Positions 1-10,395 of a DNA stretch of 64,000 nucleotides are shown here, piece after piece; the stretch's first letter is position 1, and each line of letters begins with the position of its first letter. Origin of the DNA: Sandaracinaceae bacterium (GTDB taxonomy: Bacteria > Myxococcota_A > Polyangia > Polyangiales > Sandaracinaceae); the NCBI GenBank assembly GCA_044220955.1, contig JBGAQA010000001.1:70962-134961 (forward strand), read 5' to 3'. Position numbers and translations under genes: made by a program. The notes below the pieces were generated by a model. The model did not search any database. It was not told the DNA's origin and saw only the letters and a program-made list of their open reading frames with translations.

Positions 1-674
1 AGGGTGGCGATGGTGTCCCCCGCGAAGGGCGGCGCGCCCGAGAGCGCCTCGTAGAGCATCACGCCGAGCGCCCAGACATCCGTCGAGAACGAGACGTCGC
101 GCGCGCTCATCGCCTGCTCCGGCGACATGTAGTGCGGCGTCCCCATCGCCGTCCCGGCCTGCGTGACGGTGTCCTGCCCGGCGAGGTCGCGGGCGATGCC
201 GAAGTCGAGCACCTTCACGACCTCGGCGCCGTCGCGGCGGCGCGCGAGGAACACGTTCTCCGGCTTCAGGTCGCGGTGAACGATGCCGGCACGGTGCGCC
301 GCGGCCAAGGGCTGGAGCATCTGCTCGAAGAGATCGAGCACCTGGGCGTGCGGCAGACGCCCGCGCAGCAGCCGGTCGCGGAGCGTCTCGCCCGAGAGCA
401 GCTCCATCGCGACGAAGAGGATTCCCTCTCCCGGGTCGAAGCCCGCGTCGTAGATCTCGACGATTCCGTCGTGACCGATCTGCGCGGGCGCCGCGACCTC
501 GCGCAGGAAGCGCTGGCGCGTCGTCTCGTCGCGCCCGACGCTCGGGGCGAGCAGCTTCAGCGCGACGACCTTCTTGGAGAGGATGTGCGTGGCCTCGAAG
601 ACGGCCCCCATACCGCCTTCGGCGATCTTGCGGCCGACGGAGTACCGGCCGCCGATGGTGCGATCTGCCGCCAC
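1..674 (-). CDS. Ser/Thr protein kinase (Hanks type), 3' end runs off the window
   Basis: Minus-strand translation gives [38 protein letters not shown] and [10 protein letters not shown]; probable GTG start at 674. Confidence 0.9.
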   Translation of the reverse strand, partial: MAADRTIGGRYSVGRKIAEGGMGAVFEATHILSKKVVALKLLAPSVGRDETTRQRFLREVAAPAQIGHDGIVEIYDAGFDPGEGILFVAMELLSGETLRDRLLRGRLPHAQVLDLFEQMLQPLAAAHRAGIVHRDLKPENVFLARRRDGAEVVKVLDFGIARDLAGQDTVTQAGTAMGTPHYMSPEQAMSARDVSFSTDVWALGVMLYEALSGAPPFAGDTIAT

Positions 675-831
675 GGCCGGGAGGCTAGACCATCGGAAGC
701 CATCGCGCCCCGGGCCCGGAATCGCAGCGGATCTCTTTTTCCTTGCCCCCCCGGAGGGCCCGGTTCACATTCTGCGCCCTTTTGGCGGCCTCGGGCGGCG
801 AGCACGACGAGGCAGACGAGGAAACGGCCAT

Positions 832-1140
832 ATGTACGCAGTGATCAAGACCGGCGGGAAGCAGTACCGCGTATCGGAGGGCGACCGCCTCCGCGTCGAG
901 AAGCTCCCCGGCGACGCCGGCGCGAGCGTGACGTTCGAGGAAGTGCTGATGATCGGCGGCGAGAAGGTCGCCATCGGCAAGCCCCTGGTGAAGGGCGCGA
1001 AGGTCACGGCCACGATCGTGACGCAGGACCGCGCCAAGAAGGTCATCATCTTCAAGTTCCGGCGCCGGAAGAACTACCGCCGCAAGCGTGGTCACCGGCA
1101 GCCGTTCACCGAGATCCAGATCACGGGCGTCAGCGCCTGA
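832..1140 (+). CDS. rplU: 50S ribosomal protein L21
   Basis: [14 protein letters not shown]...[22 protein letters not shown] upstream. Confidence 0.98.
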   Translation: MYAVIKTGGKQYRVSEGDRLRVEKLPGDAGASVTFEEVLMIGGEKVAIGKPLVKGAKVTATIVTQDRAKKVIIFKFRRRKNYRRKRGHRQPFTEIQITGVSA

Positions 1141-1153
1141 GGAGCGAGCGGAC

Positions 1154-1450
1154 ATGGCTCACAAAAAGGGACAGGGCTCTTCGCGCAACGGGCGCGACTC
1201 CAACTGCCAGTACCGTGGGGTGAAGATCTACGGCGGCCAGACGGTCGTCGCCGGCAACATCCTGGTCCGTCAGGTCGGCTCGAGGATCCACGCGGGCACC
1301 AACGTCGGCGTCGGGAGCGACTTCACCCTCTGGGCGCGTATCGACGGCGTCGTGAAGTACGAGCGCATGGGCAAGGACAAGCAGCGCGTCAGCGTCTACC
1401 CGAAGGGTGACGCGCGGCTCGCGGCGGCGCCGGCGGCGGCGGCGAGCTGA
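1154..1450 (+). CDS. rpmA: 50S ribosomal protein L27
   Basis: [16 protein letters not shown]...GNILVRQ; directly follows rplU. Confidence 0.98.
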   Translation: MAHKKGQGSSRNGRDSNCQYRGVKIYGGQTVVAGNILVRQVGSRIHAGTNVGVGSDFTLWARIDGVVKYERMGKDKQRVSVYPKGDARLAAAPAAAAS

Positions 1451-1474
1451 GCCGGTAGCGCTCGAGCTCGAGTC

Positions 1475-1511
1475 GAGGCCGGGTCCGAGAGGACGCCGGC
1501 CTCTGGCTTTT
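1475..1511 (+). terminator. Probable intrinsic terminator after rpmA
   Basis: GAGGCCGG-GTCC-GAGA-GGAC-G-CCGGCCTC hairpin followed by TGGCTTTT. Confidence 0.55.
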
Positions 1512-1554
1512 CGAGGGTCGCTCTCGCTCACGCTCTGCATCACCATCGGTCCGC

Positions 1555-2352
1555 ATGACCCTTCGCGACAAGACGATCTGGATCACCGGCGCGAGCGCGG
1601 GCATCGGCGAGGCGCTCGCCATCGAGCTCGCGGCGCGACGCGACGTCACGCTCGTGCTCTCCGCGCGACGCGGCGAGGAGCTCGACCGCGTGCGCGCGCT
1701 CTGCGCCGATCCTTGGCGCGTCTTCACGCTGCCCATGGACGTCGCCGACACGGACTCCGCAGAGAAGAACGCGGCGCGCGCCGCCGAGCTCGCCGGCGCG
1801 CCGATCGACGTGATGGTCCACAACGCCGGCATCGGACAGCGCTCGCTCGTGAAGGACACGCCGCTCGCGGACGACCGACGCGTGATGGAGCTGAACTACT
1901 TCGGTGTCGTCGCCCTCACGAAGGCGCTCCTGCCGAGCATGTGCGAGCGGGGACGCGGGCACTTCGTCGTCGTCTCGAGCGTCGTCGGCTACGTGGGCAC
2001 GCCGTACCGGAGCGCGTACGCCGGGAGCAAGCACGCGCTGCACGGGTTCTTCGAGAGCCTCCGCTACGAGGTGTTCGACGAGGGCATCGCGATCACGATG
2101 ATCTGCCCCGGCTTCGTGCGCACCGAGATCGCGAAGAAGGCGCTCGAGCGAGCCGGCAACCCCGGCGCGGAGGGCCACACCGCGACGGAGGCCGGCCTCA
2201 CGCCCGAGGCGTGCGCGAGGACGATCGCGCGCGCGATGGAGCGGGAGGCGCGCGAGGCGTACGTCGGCGGGGCCGAGGTCGCGGGGATCTACCTGCGCCG
2301 CTACGCACCCGGACTGCTCGCGCAGGTGCTCCGGCGCGTGAAGACGACCTGA
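1555..2352 (+). CDS. Short-chain dehydrogenase/reductase (SDR)
   Basis: TGASAGIG, NAG and YAGSK motifs. Confidence 0.93.
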   Translation: MTLRDKTIWITGASAGIGEALAIELAARRDVTLVLSARRGEELDRVRALCADPWRVFTLPMDVADTDSAEKNAARAAELAGAPIDVMVHNAGIGQRSLVKDTPLADDRRVMELNYFGVVALTKALLPSMCERGRGHFVVVSSVVGYVGTPYRSAYAGSKHALHGFFESLRYEVFDEGIAITMICPGFVRTEIAKKALERAGNPGAEGHTATEAGLTPEACARTIARAMEREAREAYVGGAEVAGIYLRRYAPGLLAQVLRRVKTT

Positions 2353-2382
2353 TCGCCGGTCCCCGATCGTCGGCTCGCCAAT

Positions 2383-3477
2383 TCAGGGATGCAGCACGCA
2401 GCCGCCGATGACCGCGCCGTTCCACTTGGCCTTCATCGCCTCGGCGTAGTCCGAGAGCGCGAAGCGGTGCGAGACGTAGGGCTTGATCGCGCCGTCGTGC
2501 GCCCACGCGAGGATCTGCCGCAGGCGCGGCGGGCGGATGCTCGGGTCGTTCGCGGTACCGATCGCCGTCGGACAGCCGAGCACGTCGAGCCCCTTCATCA
2601 TGATCAGGTTGGTCGGCAGCACGTTGGCGTTCGGCGCGCCGCGCTGCCCCTTGCCCTGCGCCACGAAGGGCGTCGCGGCCCAGCCGACGATCAGGAAGCG
2701 CGCGCCGAACTTCACGCAGCGAAGGCTCTCGATCGACGTCTCGCCGCCGACGCCGTCGTACACCACGTCGACACCGGCGCCGCCCGTCAGCGCCTTCACC
2801 GCGTCCTTGAAGCCGCGCTCCTTCACGGCGATGACGTGATCGGCGCCGTGCTCCCTCACGAGCGCGAGCTTCTCCTCGCTCCGGCCCGTCGCGAGGACCG
2901 TCGCGCCGACGATCTTCGCGACCTGCACCGCGGCGAGGCCGGTCGAGCCGGACGCGCCGTGGATCAGGACCGTCTCGCCCCGGGCCAGACGGCCGCGCGC
3001 GATGAGACAGTGGTACGCCGTCTCGTAGTTGCCCAGCAGGTTGCACGCCTGGTCGAAGTCGAGCGTCCCCGGGATGCGGTGCACGGCCTCGACGGGCACC
3101 ACGACGTAGGACGCGAACCCGCCCTGCGACTGGTACCGGCCGAGCGAGCGCGGGCCCGCGAGGAAGCCGTCGACCAGAACGCGGTCGCCGCGCGCGACGG
3201 TGTCGACGCCGACGCCCACCGCCGCGATCTCTCCCGCGCACTCCAGCCCCGGCGTGTAGGGCGGCTTGGCCATGTGCTGGTACTGGCCGCTCGTCATCAG
3301 GAGATCGACCCAGCCGACCGACGCGCTGCGCACCCTTACGATCACCTCGCCCCGGGCGAGCGCCGCGGGGTCCGGGGCGTCCATCGGAACGAGCGCGCTG
3401 TGCTTCTCGATGGCGTCGAGCGGCGTCTCGCCGAATTCCGAGACGACGACGCGGTGACCGGAGGCGAGCGCGCTCAT
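2383..3477 (-). CDS. NADPH:quinone oxidoreductase, MDR family
   Basis: PYTPGLECAG, HGASGSTG, DVVYDGVGG; start re-picked at MSALASG. Confidence 0.9.
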   Translation of the reverse strand: MSALASGHRVVVSEFGETPLDAIEKHSALVPMDAPDPAALARGEVIVRVRSASVGWVDLLMTSGQYQHMAKPPYTPGLECAGEIAAVGVGVDTVARGDRVLVDGFLAGPRSLGRYQSQGGFASYVVVPVEAVHRIPGTLDFDQACNLLGNYETAYHCLIARGRLARGETVLIHGASGSTGLAAVQVAKIVGATVLATGRSEEKLALVREHGADHVIAVKERGFKDAVKALTGGAGVDVVYDGVGGETSIESLRCVKFGARFLIVGWAATPFVAQGKGQRGAPNANVLPTNLIMMKGLDVLGCPTAIGTANDPSIRPPRLRQILAWAHDGAIKPYVSHRFALSDYAEAMKAKWNGAVIGGCVLHP

Positions 3478-3550
3478 GCGGTCTGAGAGCGTATCAGCGC
3501 TCGTTGAGATTGGCGTGGACGTCGGGCACTCTCGTCCGGGAGGTGAGCCC

Positions 3551-4552
3551 ATGGGTTTGTTCGACGTGTTCGGGGCGGGGGGCGGGACGGCGGCGATCCA
3601 GATCGGATCCACGATGGTGGGCGCCGGCTCGTCACTCGAGGGCAACGTCGTGTTCACTGGTGGCAAGCGCGCGCAGCAGATCACGCGCGTGACGATGCGC
3701 GTGTCGCAGTCCACGACCTCGATGCAGATGACGAAGGAAGGCCCGCGGCAGCACACGCAGTCCCGCGACGTGGTGCAGTCGTTCCAGATCGCGGGGCCCG
3801 GGACGAGCACGCCCGGGCAGGCGCAAGCGTTCCCCTTCTCCATCAACATCCCGCAGGGCGCGCCGCCCTCGCAGCCAGGACACCTGAGCTACGCGATCCA
3901 CGCGAACGTCGACATCCCGGGCGAGGTCGACGCCGGCGCGACGGTGCAGCTCACCGTGGTCGGCGGCGGCATGGGCGCGCAGATGCCGATGCAGCCGCCG
4001 ATGGGGCAGATGCCGATGGGAATGGCGCAGCCGCCGATGATGGCCCCGCCCGTCCCGGGCTACGGCGCACCGCCGCAGATGGGCATGCCCCAGATGCCGC
4101 CGCCGATGGGCGCCCCACAGATGGGGATGCCGCAGATGCCGCCACAGCCGGGCTATCCTCAGATGCCACCGCAGATGGGGATGCCGCAGATGCCACCGCA
4201 GATGGGAATGCCGCAGATGCCACCCCAGATGGGGATGCCGCAGATGCCACCCCAGCCGGGCTACCCGCAGATGCCACCCCAGCCGGGCTACCCGCAGATG
4301 CCCCCGCAGCCGGGCTACCCGCAGATGCCCCCCCAGCCGGGCTACCCACCGATGCCGCCCCAGCCGCAGATGGGGATGCCCCCGATGCCGCCGCAGATGG
4401 GCTCGTTCGTCGTCGCGCTGCATCCACAGACCGGCCAGTGGGCGCCCGGCCGGATCACGGCGATGCAGAACGGGATGTTCGGCGTGGACTGGGACGATCC
4501 GATGCTCGGCGCCTCGACGTGGGTCGCCGCGGGTCAGCTGCGTGTGAAGTAG
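3551..4552 (+). CDS. Spo0M/arrestin-like N-terminal domain + Pro/Gln/Met repeat linker + C-terminal Tudor/SH3-like domain
   Basis: Beta-rich N-terminus (LEGNVVFTGGK..QQI, FPFSINIP, ANVDIPG.VD), PQMGMPQMP/PQPGYPQMP repeats, C-terminal GQWAPGRITAMQNGMFGVDWDD. Confidence 0.6.
   Translation: MGLFDVFGAGGGTAAIQIGSTMVGAGSSLEGNVVFTGGKRAQQITRVTMRVSQSTTSMQMTKEGPRQHTQSRDVVQSFQIAGPGTSTPGQAQAFPFSINIPQGAPPSQPGHLSYAIHANVDIPGEVDAGATVQLTVVGGGMGAQMPMQPPMGQMPMGMAQPPMMAPPVPGYGAPPQMGMPQMPPPMGAPQMGMPQMPPQPGYPQMPPQMGMPQMPPQMGMPQMPPQMGMPQMPPQPGYPQMPPQPGYPQMPPQPGYPQMPPQPGYPPMPPQPQMGMPPMPPQMGSFVVALHPQTGQWAPGRITAMQNGMFGVDWDDPMLGASTWVAAGQLRVK
4070..4400 (+). repeat. Coding 27-bp tandem repeats (PQMGMPQMP and PQPGYPQMP units)
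   Basis: Repeated ccgcagatgggNatgccNcagatgcc and cagccgggctacccgcagatgcc units. Confidence 0.9.
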
Positions 4553-4619
4553 CGGGCGGTGTTCACGAAGAATCGTGGCGCCGCCGCCGTCGCGCGCCGG
4601 GTGATATAGAGTCAGCCTC

Positions 4620-7018
4620 TTGGCCGACCGCGACGACCGCACGCTCGATGCCACGAACGCGGCCCTCGAGGCCCGCATGGCCTCCGGCGATCTCGTGGTC
4701 GGCGAGCGCTTCGCCGATCGCTACACCGTCGAGGCGATGATCGGCCGCGGCGGGATGGGCACCGTCTACCGCGTGCGCGACACGATGGTGGACGAGCCGG
4801 TCGCCCTGAAGCTGCTCGGGACGGCGAGCGAGGACGTGGTCGAGCGCTTCCGCCGGGAGGTACGACTCGCGCGACGGATCACGAGCCCCCACGTCGCCCG
4901 CACGCACGACCTCGGCACGCACGCCGGTGTGCACTACCTGACGATGGAGCTCGTCGAGGGCGTGAGCCTCGGACGCAAGCTCGAACAGGACGGTCCGCTC
5001 GCGCCCGCCCGAGCCGCGCGCCTCGCCGCCTCGATCGCGCGGGGGCTGGCGGCCGCGCACGCGGCGTCGGTGGTGCACCGCGACCTCAAGCCCGACAACG
5101 TCCTCTTCGAGGCCAGCACCGGCCGCGTGGTCGTGACCGACTTCGGCATCGCACGCGCTCTCGAGAGCGACCGCACCAAGATGACCGGTGGCATCGCCGG
5201 CACGCCCGCGTACATGGCGCCCGAACAGCTCGTCGGTGGCCCGATCGACGGCCGCGCGGACCTCTACGCCCTCGGCGTGGTCCTCTTCGAGATGCTCACT
5301 GGCGAGCTCCCGTTCGAGGGCGAGACGCCGATCTCGATCGCGGTCGCGCGCCTGCACCATCCGCCGCGCGACCTGAACAGCCTGCGCGCCGTCCCGACGG
5401 AGCTCTCGCGCATCGTCGATGCGCTGCTCACCCGCGAGCGTGACCAGCGGCCCGGGGGGGGGGGGGGGCGGGCCGCGGGGGGGGGGGCCCGGCCGCGGTG
5501 GGCCCCCCCCCCCCCCCCCCCGCGATCCGGGCGTCGGGCGCGCCGCCGTCGATGATCTCGATGCCCTCGAGCGCGTCGCTCGAGAAGGCCGTCTCGCCGC
5601 ACACGCCCGCCAGCACGTCGGGCTTGCGCCGGGTCATCGCGGTCCCGCCCATCACGTACCGCGGCGCGACCGAGCATGCGCACGTCGCCGACGGGATCGC
5701 CGACGAGCTCGTCGACCTCCTCTCGCGCACGCGGGGCGTCTCGGCGATCGGGCGGGCCGCGGTGCAGAACGAGCTTGCGCGGGACCGGGACCCGCGCGTC
5801 GTGGGCAAGCACCTGGGCGCGACGCACATTCTCGAGGGAACGCTCCAGGCCGGAGCCGACAAGCTTCGCCTGACGACGCGCCTCACCGACGTCGGGACCG
5901 GCGTGCAGGTGTGGACGCACAAGGAGGACCTGGAGATCGGCGACGGATTCGGCCTCGAGGAGCGCGCCGCACGCCGCGTCGCCGAGGCGCTCCGCCTCGG
6001 GCTCGAGGGCCTCGTCGGCAGCGAGCGGATCTCCGGCGAGGCCACGGAGCTCTTCACGAGCGCCCGCCGGCGGGCGCGCTCGCCCAGCGTCACGGATCGA
6101 GCCTCGACCGTGGACACGCTCGACAGGGTCATCGCGCTCGCGCCGACCTTCGCACCGGCCCTCGCCGTGCACGCCATGGCGTGCGTGCGCGCTTGGACGA
6201 CACCACGCTTGCCGAGCGACCCGGCGCCGGCGCGCGACTGGAAGACCGACGCGGAGGCGAGCGTCGCGCGCGCGCTCGAGCGTGCGTCGCACGTCCCGGA
6301 GACGCACCACGCCGCGGCGATGGTGCACCTCCAGGACGGTCACTACCGGGAGGTGGCCCGCCACGCGCGTGCCGCCCTGGCGCTCGCGCCGGCGTACCCC
6401 GACGCGCACCTCGTGCTCGGACAGCTCAAGCTCGAGGCGGGCGACGCCAAGGCCGGCCTCGAGAACATCGAGATCGCGCTCGACATCGATCCCTCGCTGC
6501 ACATCGGCTGGTACGAGCGTGCGCGCTACCACGGGCTCTACGGGGACGCGGCGCTCTACGAGGCGCTCGCGAAGAACCTCTTCGACATGAACGAGCGCGT
6601 GCTCTGGGCGCAGCTCGAGGTGCGAGTCGGCGCGTGGCGCGGGGACAAGGATCGCATCCGCCGCGGCCTCGACGCGCTCACCAAGAGCCCCCACCCCATC
6701 GCGGGTCCGCTCTCCGTGTACTCGCGCGTCGCGCTCGGTGAGCTGCCGCCGACCGCGGGCTTCGGAGTGACGTCGACCACGTTCGCCGTCAGCCCGCGCA
6801 TCCGCTCGATCGCGCTGCAGATGCAGTCCGAGGCGCTCTGCATCGCGGGCGACGTCGCCAGCGCGACCGCGTGCGTCGAGATGGCGGCGACGACGGTGTT
6901 GGTCGACCTCGACTGGATCGATCGCTGCCCGCTCATCGCGCCCGTCCGCGAGAGCCCGAGCTTCTCCGAGTGGCGCCGCGCGGTCGCGCTCCGCTGCGAG
7001 GACATCTGGGGCGCGTGA
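4620..7018 (+). CDS. Ser/Thr kinase fused to TolB-like and TPR domains; reading frame broken in a G/C homopolymer tract (~5451-5522)
   Basis: ORF 4620-5555 has GRGGMG, HRDLKPDN, DFG, GTPAYMAPE; ORF 5498-7018 continues with ADGIADELVDLLSR and TPR helices in another frame. Confidence 0.8.
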
Positions 7019-7028
7019 CGACGGCGTG

Positions 7029-7787
7029 TCACCTGCGGGGCGGGAGCGACCCCGCGGCGCTCGACGCGCCAGCCACGAGATCGAGGCAGACGCGCAGGAC
7101 GGCCGTGGCGCTGGCCGCGGCGGGCACCGTCGCGACCCGCACGCAGATCGCCGCGAACGAGGCCAGCCGGTCGGCGGGCAAGTGCTCGGCGCCCCAGACG
7201 ACGAGCGACATCGGCGCCGACTCGGCCTGCAGCGCGGCGCAGAGGGCCGCCGCGTCCATCACGGGCTCGCGCGCGTCGTAGACGACGATCGACGCGAATC
7301 CGGGCCGGTCGAGGTGGCCGGCGAAGGCCGTGGGCTTGGTGACCAGGAGCGCGCGCCCGCTGGGCAAGAGCCGCGAGAGCAGCGAGACCTGCGAGAAGTC
7401 GCGCGTCACGACCAGGAGCTGCAGGTGAGGCTTGAGGCGCGCGCCCGACGATGCGGGCGCGTACGATGGGGTCGGCTCGGGGGAGCCCGACGCGGCCTTC
7501 GTCGGGGCGCGCGGCGTCTCCTTGCGATCGCGCACCGCGCGGCCGTGCTCGTGCAGCGCGAGCTCGACCTCGCCCACGACGCGAGAGGCCGCCTCGCGGT
7601 CCTCGAGCGCGACGACGGTGTCGAAGAGCACGCCGCGCACGATCTCGAGACCCAGAGCAGCGTCCTCGGGCCAGCGCCCAGCGGGCAGCGCGCTCGTCAC
7701 CTCGGCCATCGCGTTCGCGCCCGCCTCCTCTCCCAGGACGCGCTGCACCGCACGAAACACGAGGCTCTCGATCCCACCCCAGCCCAC
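7029..7787 (-). CDS. Hypothetical protein, possibly with a degenerate receiver-like C-terminal domain
   Basis: Fills the gap between genes; alternating beta/alpha pattern LLVVTRD...IVVYD...LVVWG; start uncertain. Confidence 0.5.
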   Translation of the reverse strand: MGWGGIESLVFRAVQRVLGEEAGANAMAEVTSALPAGRWPEDAALGLEIVRGVLFDTVVALEDREAASRVVGEVELALHEHGRAVRDRKETPRAPTKAASGSPEPTPSYAPASSGARLKPHLQLLVVTRDFSQVSLLSRLLPSGRALLVTKPTAFAGHLDRPGFASIVVYDAREPVMDAAALCAALQAESAPMSLVVWGAEHLPADRLASFAAICVRVATVPAAASATAVLRVCLDLVAGASSAAGSLPPRR

Positions 7788-7829
7788 TCCCGTAGCGTGC
7801 CACGACTGGGCCGGGCCGAGGGGACGCGA

Positions 7830-8669
7830 TCACGCGCGGCGAGTCTGACAGCTCGGGCAGAGGTAGGTGACGCGCGGCGTCAGGAGCCCCTGCGACACGC
7901 GGGCGATCGCCGTGCCGCACGTGTAACAGGGCTCTGCCGCGCGATCGTAGACGGAGAGGGGGCCCTCCCCGAGGCGCGCGTCGCGCGCGATCCGACCGGT
8001 CCGGGAGGCGAAGGGATCCGGCGTGCTCCGTCGCGGCGCATCGACGTTCGCGCGCATCAGCCCGCGCGCGCGATCGAGGAGGGCGAGCAGCTCCTGGTCC
8101 GTGTGGGCGGCGACTGGTGCGCGCGGATCGAGCCGGAGCAGGAAGCAGAGCTCGCTCTTCCAGACGTTACCGATCCCCGCGACCGCACCCTGATCCAGCA
8201 GCACCTCGCCGAGCGGTCGGTCGTTCCGGAACCGCAGCCGGCGCACGCCCTCGTTCGCATCGAAGGCCACACCGAGCAGATCCGGCCCGAGGTCCCGGAA
8301 CGCGCGATCGCGCACGAGGTCCCTGGTGCGGATCAGCCGCGCGACCGGCGCGCTCCGCACGACGACGGCGTGCGTGTCCGTCTCGAGGATCGCGACCGTC
8401 TCGGACGCGGGCCGCGCCGCGCCCGCCGTCAGCTCGACGCGTCCGCGCATCGCGAGGTGCACGTGCAGCGAGAGCTCGCCCCCGGGGCCGGAGGCGGAGA
8501 AGTGCACGAGCAGGTTCTTCCCGCGCGCCTCGACGCCCGTGATCGTGCTCCCCGCGAGCCCGCGCGCATCCACCGTCGTCCGCGGCAGCGTCACGCGCCG
8601 CACGAGCTGGCCCGTCAGCACCGGCGCGAGCTTGCCCGCGAGCCGATGCAGCGTGTCGCCCTCGGGCAT
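7830..8669 (-). CDS. nei: Fpg/Nei family DNA glycosylase (endonuclease VIII-like)
   Basis: N-terminal PEGD, RGKNL, H2TH motif LLDQ..VAGIGNVWKSE, zinc finger CYTC...CPSCQ. Confidence 0.9.
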   Translation of the reverse strand: MPEGDTLHRLAGKLAPVLTGQLVRRVTLPRTTVDARGLAGSTITGVEARGKNLLVHFSASGPGGELSLHVHLAMRGRVELTAGAARPASETVAILETDTHAVVVRSAPVARLIRTRDLVRDRAFRDLGPDLLGVAFDANEGVRRLRFRNDRPLGEVLLDQGAVAGIGNVWKSELCFLLRLDPRAPVAAHTDQELLALLDRARGLMRANVDAPRRSTPDPFASRTGRIARDARLGEGPLSVYDRAAEPCYTCGTAIARVSQGLLTPRVTYLCPSCQTRRA

Positions 8670-9959
8670 CTACCGGCGGGGCCGCGACGCGCGACGCGCG
8701 CCCGCAGCGCAGGCGGCCGCGGCCGCGAGAAGCGCCATCAGGTTCGACGGCGTCCCGCGGCCCACCGCGCATCCGGGCCTCGCCCCGCCACCCGGACGCA
8801 GCGTCGTCTCCAAGGTCGGCTCGAGTGGGCCGCACACCAGCGTCGTCTCGTCCGTGGCACCACACGCGTGCGCGTGTCGCACCTGGTCGAAGTCGAGCGC
8901 GGAGGCGAACGCAGCACCGCCATCGCGCGACACGCCGACGGCGAAACCATCGACGTACTGGTTCGCGCAGACCCAGAGCTCGACCCCCCGGGCCGCCAGG
9001 CACGAGACGGCGTACGACGCGATCGGCTCGAATCGATGACCATCGGTCGAGCGCAAGAGGCCGGTGCCGAAGCGGCCACCGGCGAAGACCTGCCCACGGT
9101 GAAACGCCAAGGCTCCGATCTCGGGCGCCTCCAGCACGAGCTGCCACGTTCGGCCGCCGTCGTCGGTTCGAAACAGACGCTCTGGCGAGTCCGGCGGCGT
9201 GCTCGACGAGGCGCCGCTCGCGTTCCCCGTGGTGGCCCGCAGATACGCGCGATCGGGGTTCTCGGGATCGATCGCGAGCAGGTGGATGTTCTCGCGAGGC
9301 GCCAGCTCGGAGAACGCGACGCGCTCGAAGCTCGCCGCGGCGTCGCTCGACACGTAGACGAACGCCTGGCGTTCGACGGGCGGCCGGGGCGGGATCGCCC
9401 CGACCAGAAGTACGCGCGTCGGCTCGGACGGCGCCACGCGGATCGACTCGAAGAGAACCTCGCCGAGGGGAACACCCGTCGGCGCCCAGTGCACACCGCC
9501 GTCCACGCTGCGCAGGACCCCGTTCGGCACGCCCCCCGTCGACGTGACCGCGACGAACGCGTCACCCTGGGCGGGATCGCGGTCGAGATCGATCACGACC
9601 TGGTCCGCGAGCTCGACGGAGCTGGTCCAAGAGCACCCGCGACCCTCGCCTCGACGCAGCCCCGTGAACGATCCGGCCAGGATGGCTCCACCTCGAGCGA
9701 CGGCGATGCGTGGGTCCTCGGTGGGCAGCGCATGGAGCACGTCGGCGCAGATCCAGCTCCACGTGACGCCCGCGTCGTCGGTGACCACCATCCCGAACGA
9801 GGTCTGGACCACGACGAAGGCCGGGTCGTCCGGATCGAATGCGACCCGCTCCGCCGACGGAAAGGTACCGTGAGCGCGCGCGGTCGAGGTGATCGACGCG
9901 CCGAACAGGAACGCGGCGAGGGCCAGGCGACGCGTCGCGCCCTCAACCAGCGTCGACAC
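8670..9959 (-). CDS. Secreted BNR/Asp-box beta-propeller protein with MYXO-CTERM-like tail
   Basis: Signal peptide ending ARA-H; repeated S/T-x-D-G-G-x-x-W/F boxes; C-terminal GCAV, hydrophobic stretch and Arg cluster. Confidence 0.75.
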   Translation of the reverse strand: MSTLVEGATRRLALAAFLFGASITSTARAHGTFPSAERVAFDPDDPAFVVVQTSFGMVVTDDAGVTWSWICADVLHALPTEDPRIAVARGGAILAGSFTGLRRGEGRGCSWTSSVELADQVVIDLDRDPAQGDAFVAVTSTGGVPNGVLRSVDGGVHWAPTGVPLGEVLFESIRVAPSEPTRVLLVGAIPPRPPVERQAFVYVSSDAAASFERVAFSELAPRENIHLLAIDPENPDRAYLRATTGNASGASSSTPPDSPERLFRTDDGGRTWQLVLEAPEIGALAFHRGQVFAGGRFGTGLLRSTDGHRFEPIASYAVSCLAARGVELWVCANQYVDGFAVGVSRDGGAAFASALDFDQVRHAHACGATDETTLVCGPLEPTLETTLRPGGGARPGCAVGRGTPSNLMALLAAAAACAAGARRASRPRR

Positions 9960-10395
9960 CGGCGCCGGCGTCCGCCGGACCCGCGTCCGGTGCTGCGCCG
10001 TCCGCGCCGCCCGTATCCGTCGAGACACCCGCGTCGTCGGGTGGTGGCGCGCAGCGCGCCGGGATGCATGCGCTACCGCGTCCGTCGCCGTCGCAGACGG
10101 CACCGGTCCCGCATTGCGCGTCCGAAGTGCAGAGCCGCGTACAGAACCACTGTCCCTCGGCCGGAGCGACCTGCGCCAAGCAGAGCTGGGCTTGCGATGT
10201 CGCGGCGCACTCGCTGCCGCGCGGGGTGCAGAACTCGCCCACGCCGATGTCGTTGCCGTGATCGCCGGGCTGACTGCAGCTTCCCGAGGGCACCGAGAGC
10301 GCAGCGTCGCTGCCTGCGTCCCCCGCGTTTGCCGGCTGCCCGCAGCCCACCGACGCGACCGCGATCCAGAGCGCGAGCGCGCGCGTCGAGGTCAC
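9943..10395 (-). CDS. Small Cys-rich lipoprotein
   Basis: Lipobox SVGC, Cys-rich core, DAG-rich tail. Confidence 0.7.
   Translation of the reverse strand: MTSTRALALWIAVASVGCGQPANAGDAGSDAALSVPSGSCSQPGDHGNDIGVGEFCTPRGSECAATSQAQLCLAQVAPAEGQWFCTRLCTSDAQCGTGAVCDGDGRGSACIPARCAPPPDDAGVSTDTGGADGAAPDAGPADAGAGVDAG

Noticed and set aside
743..771. Possible rplU promoter TTGCCC-N17-CACATT
   Set aside because: Plausible but a weak match; not listed as a feature.
4070..4400. Tandem repeats as a CRISPR array
   Set aside because: In-frame coding repeats with no unique spacers and no cas genes.
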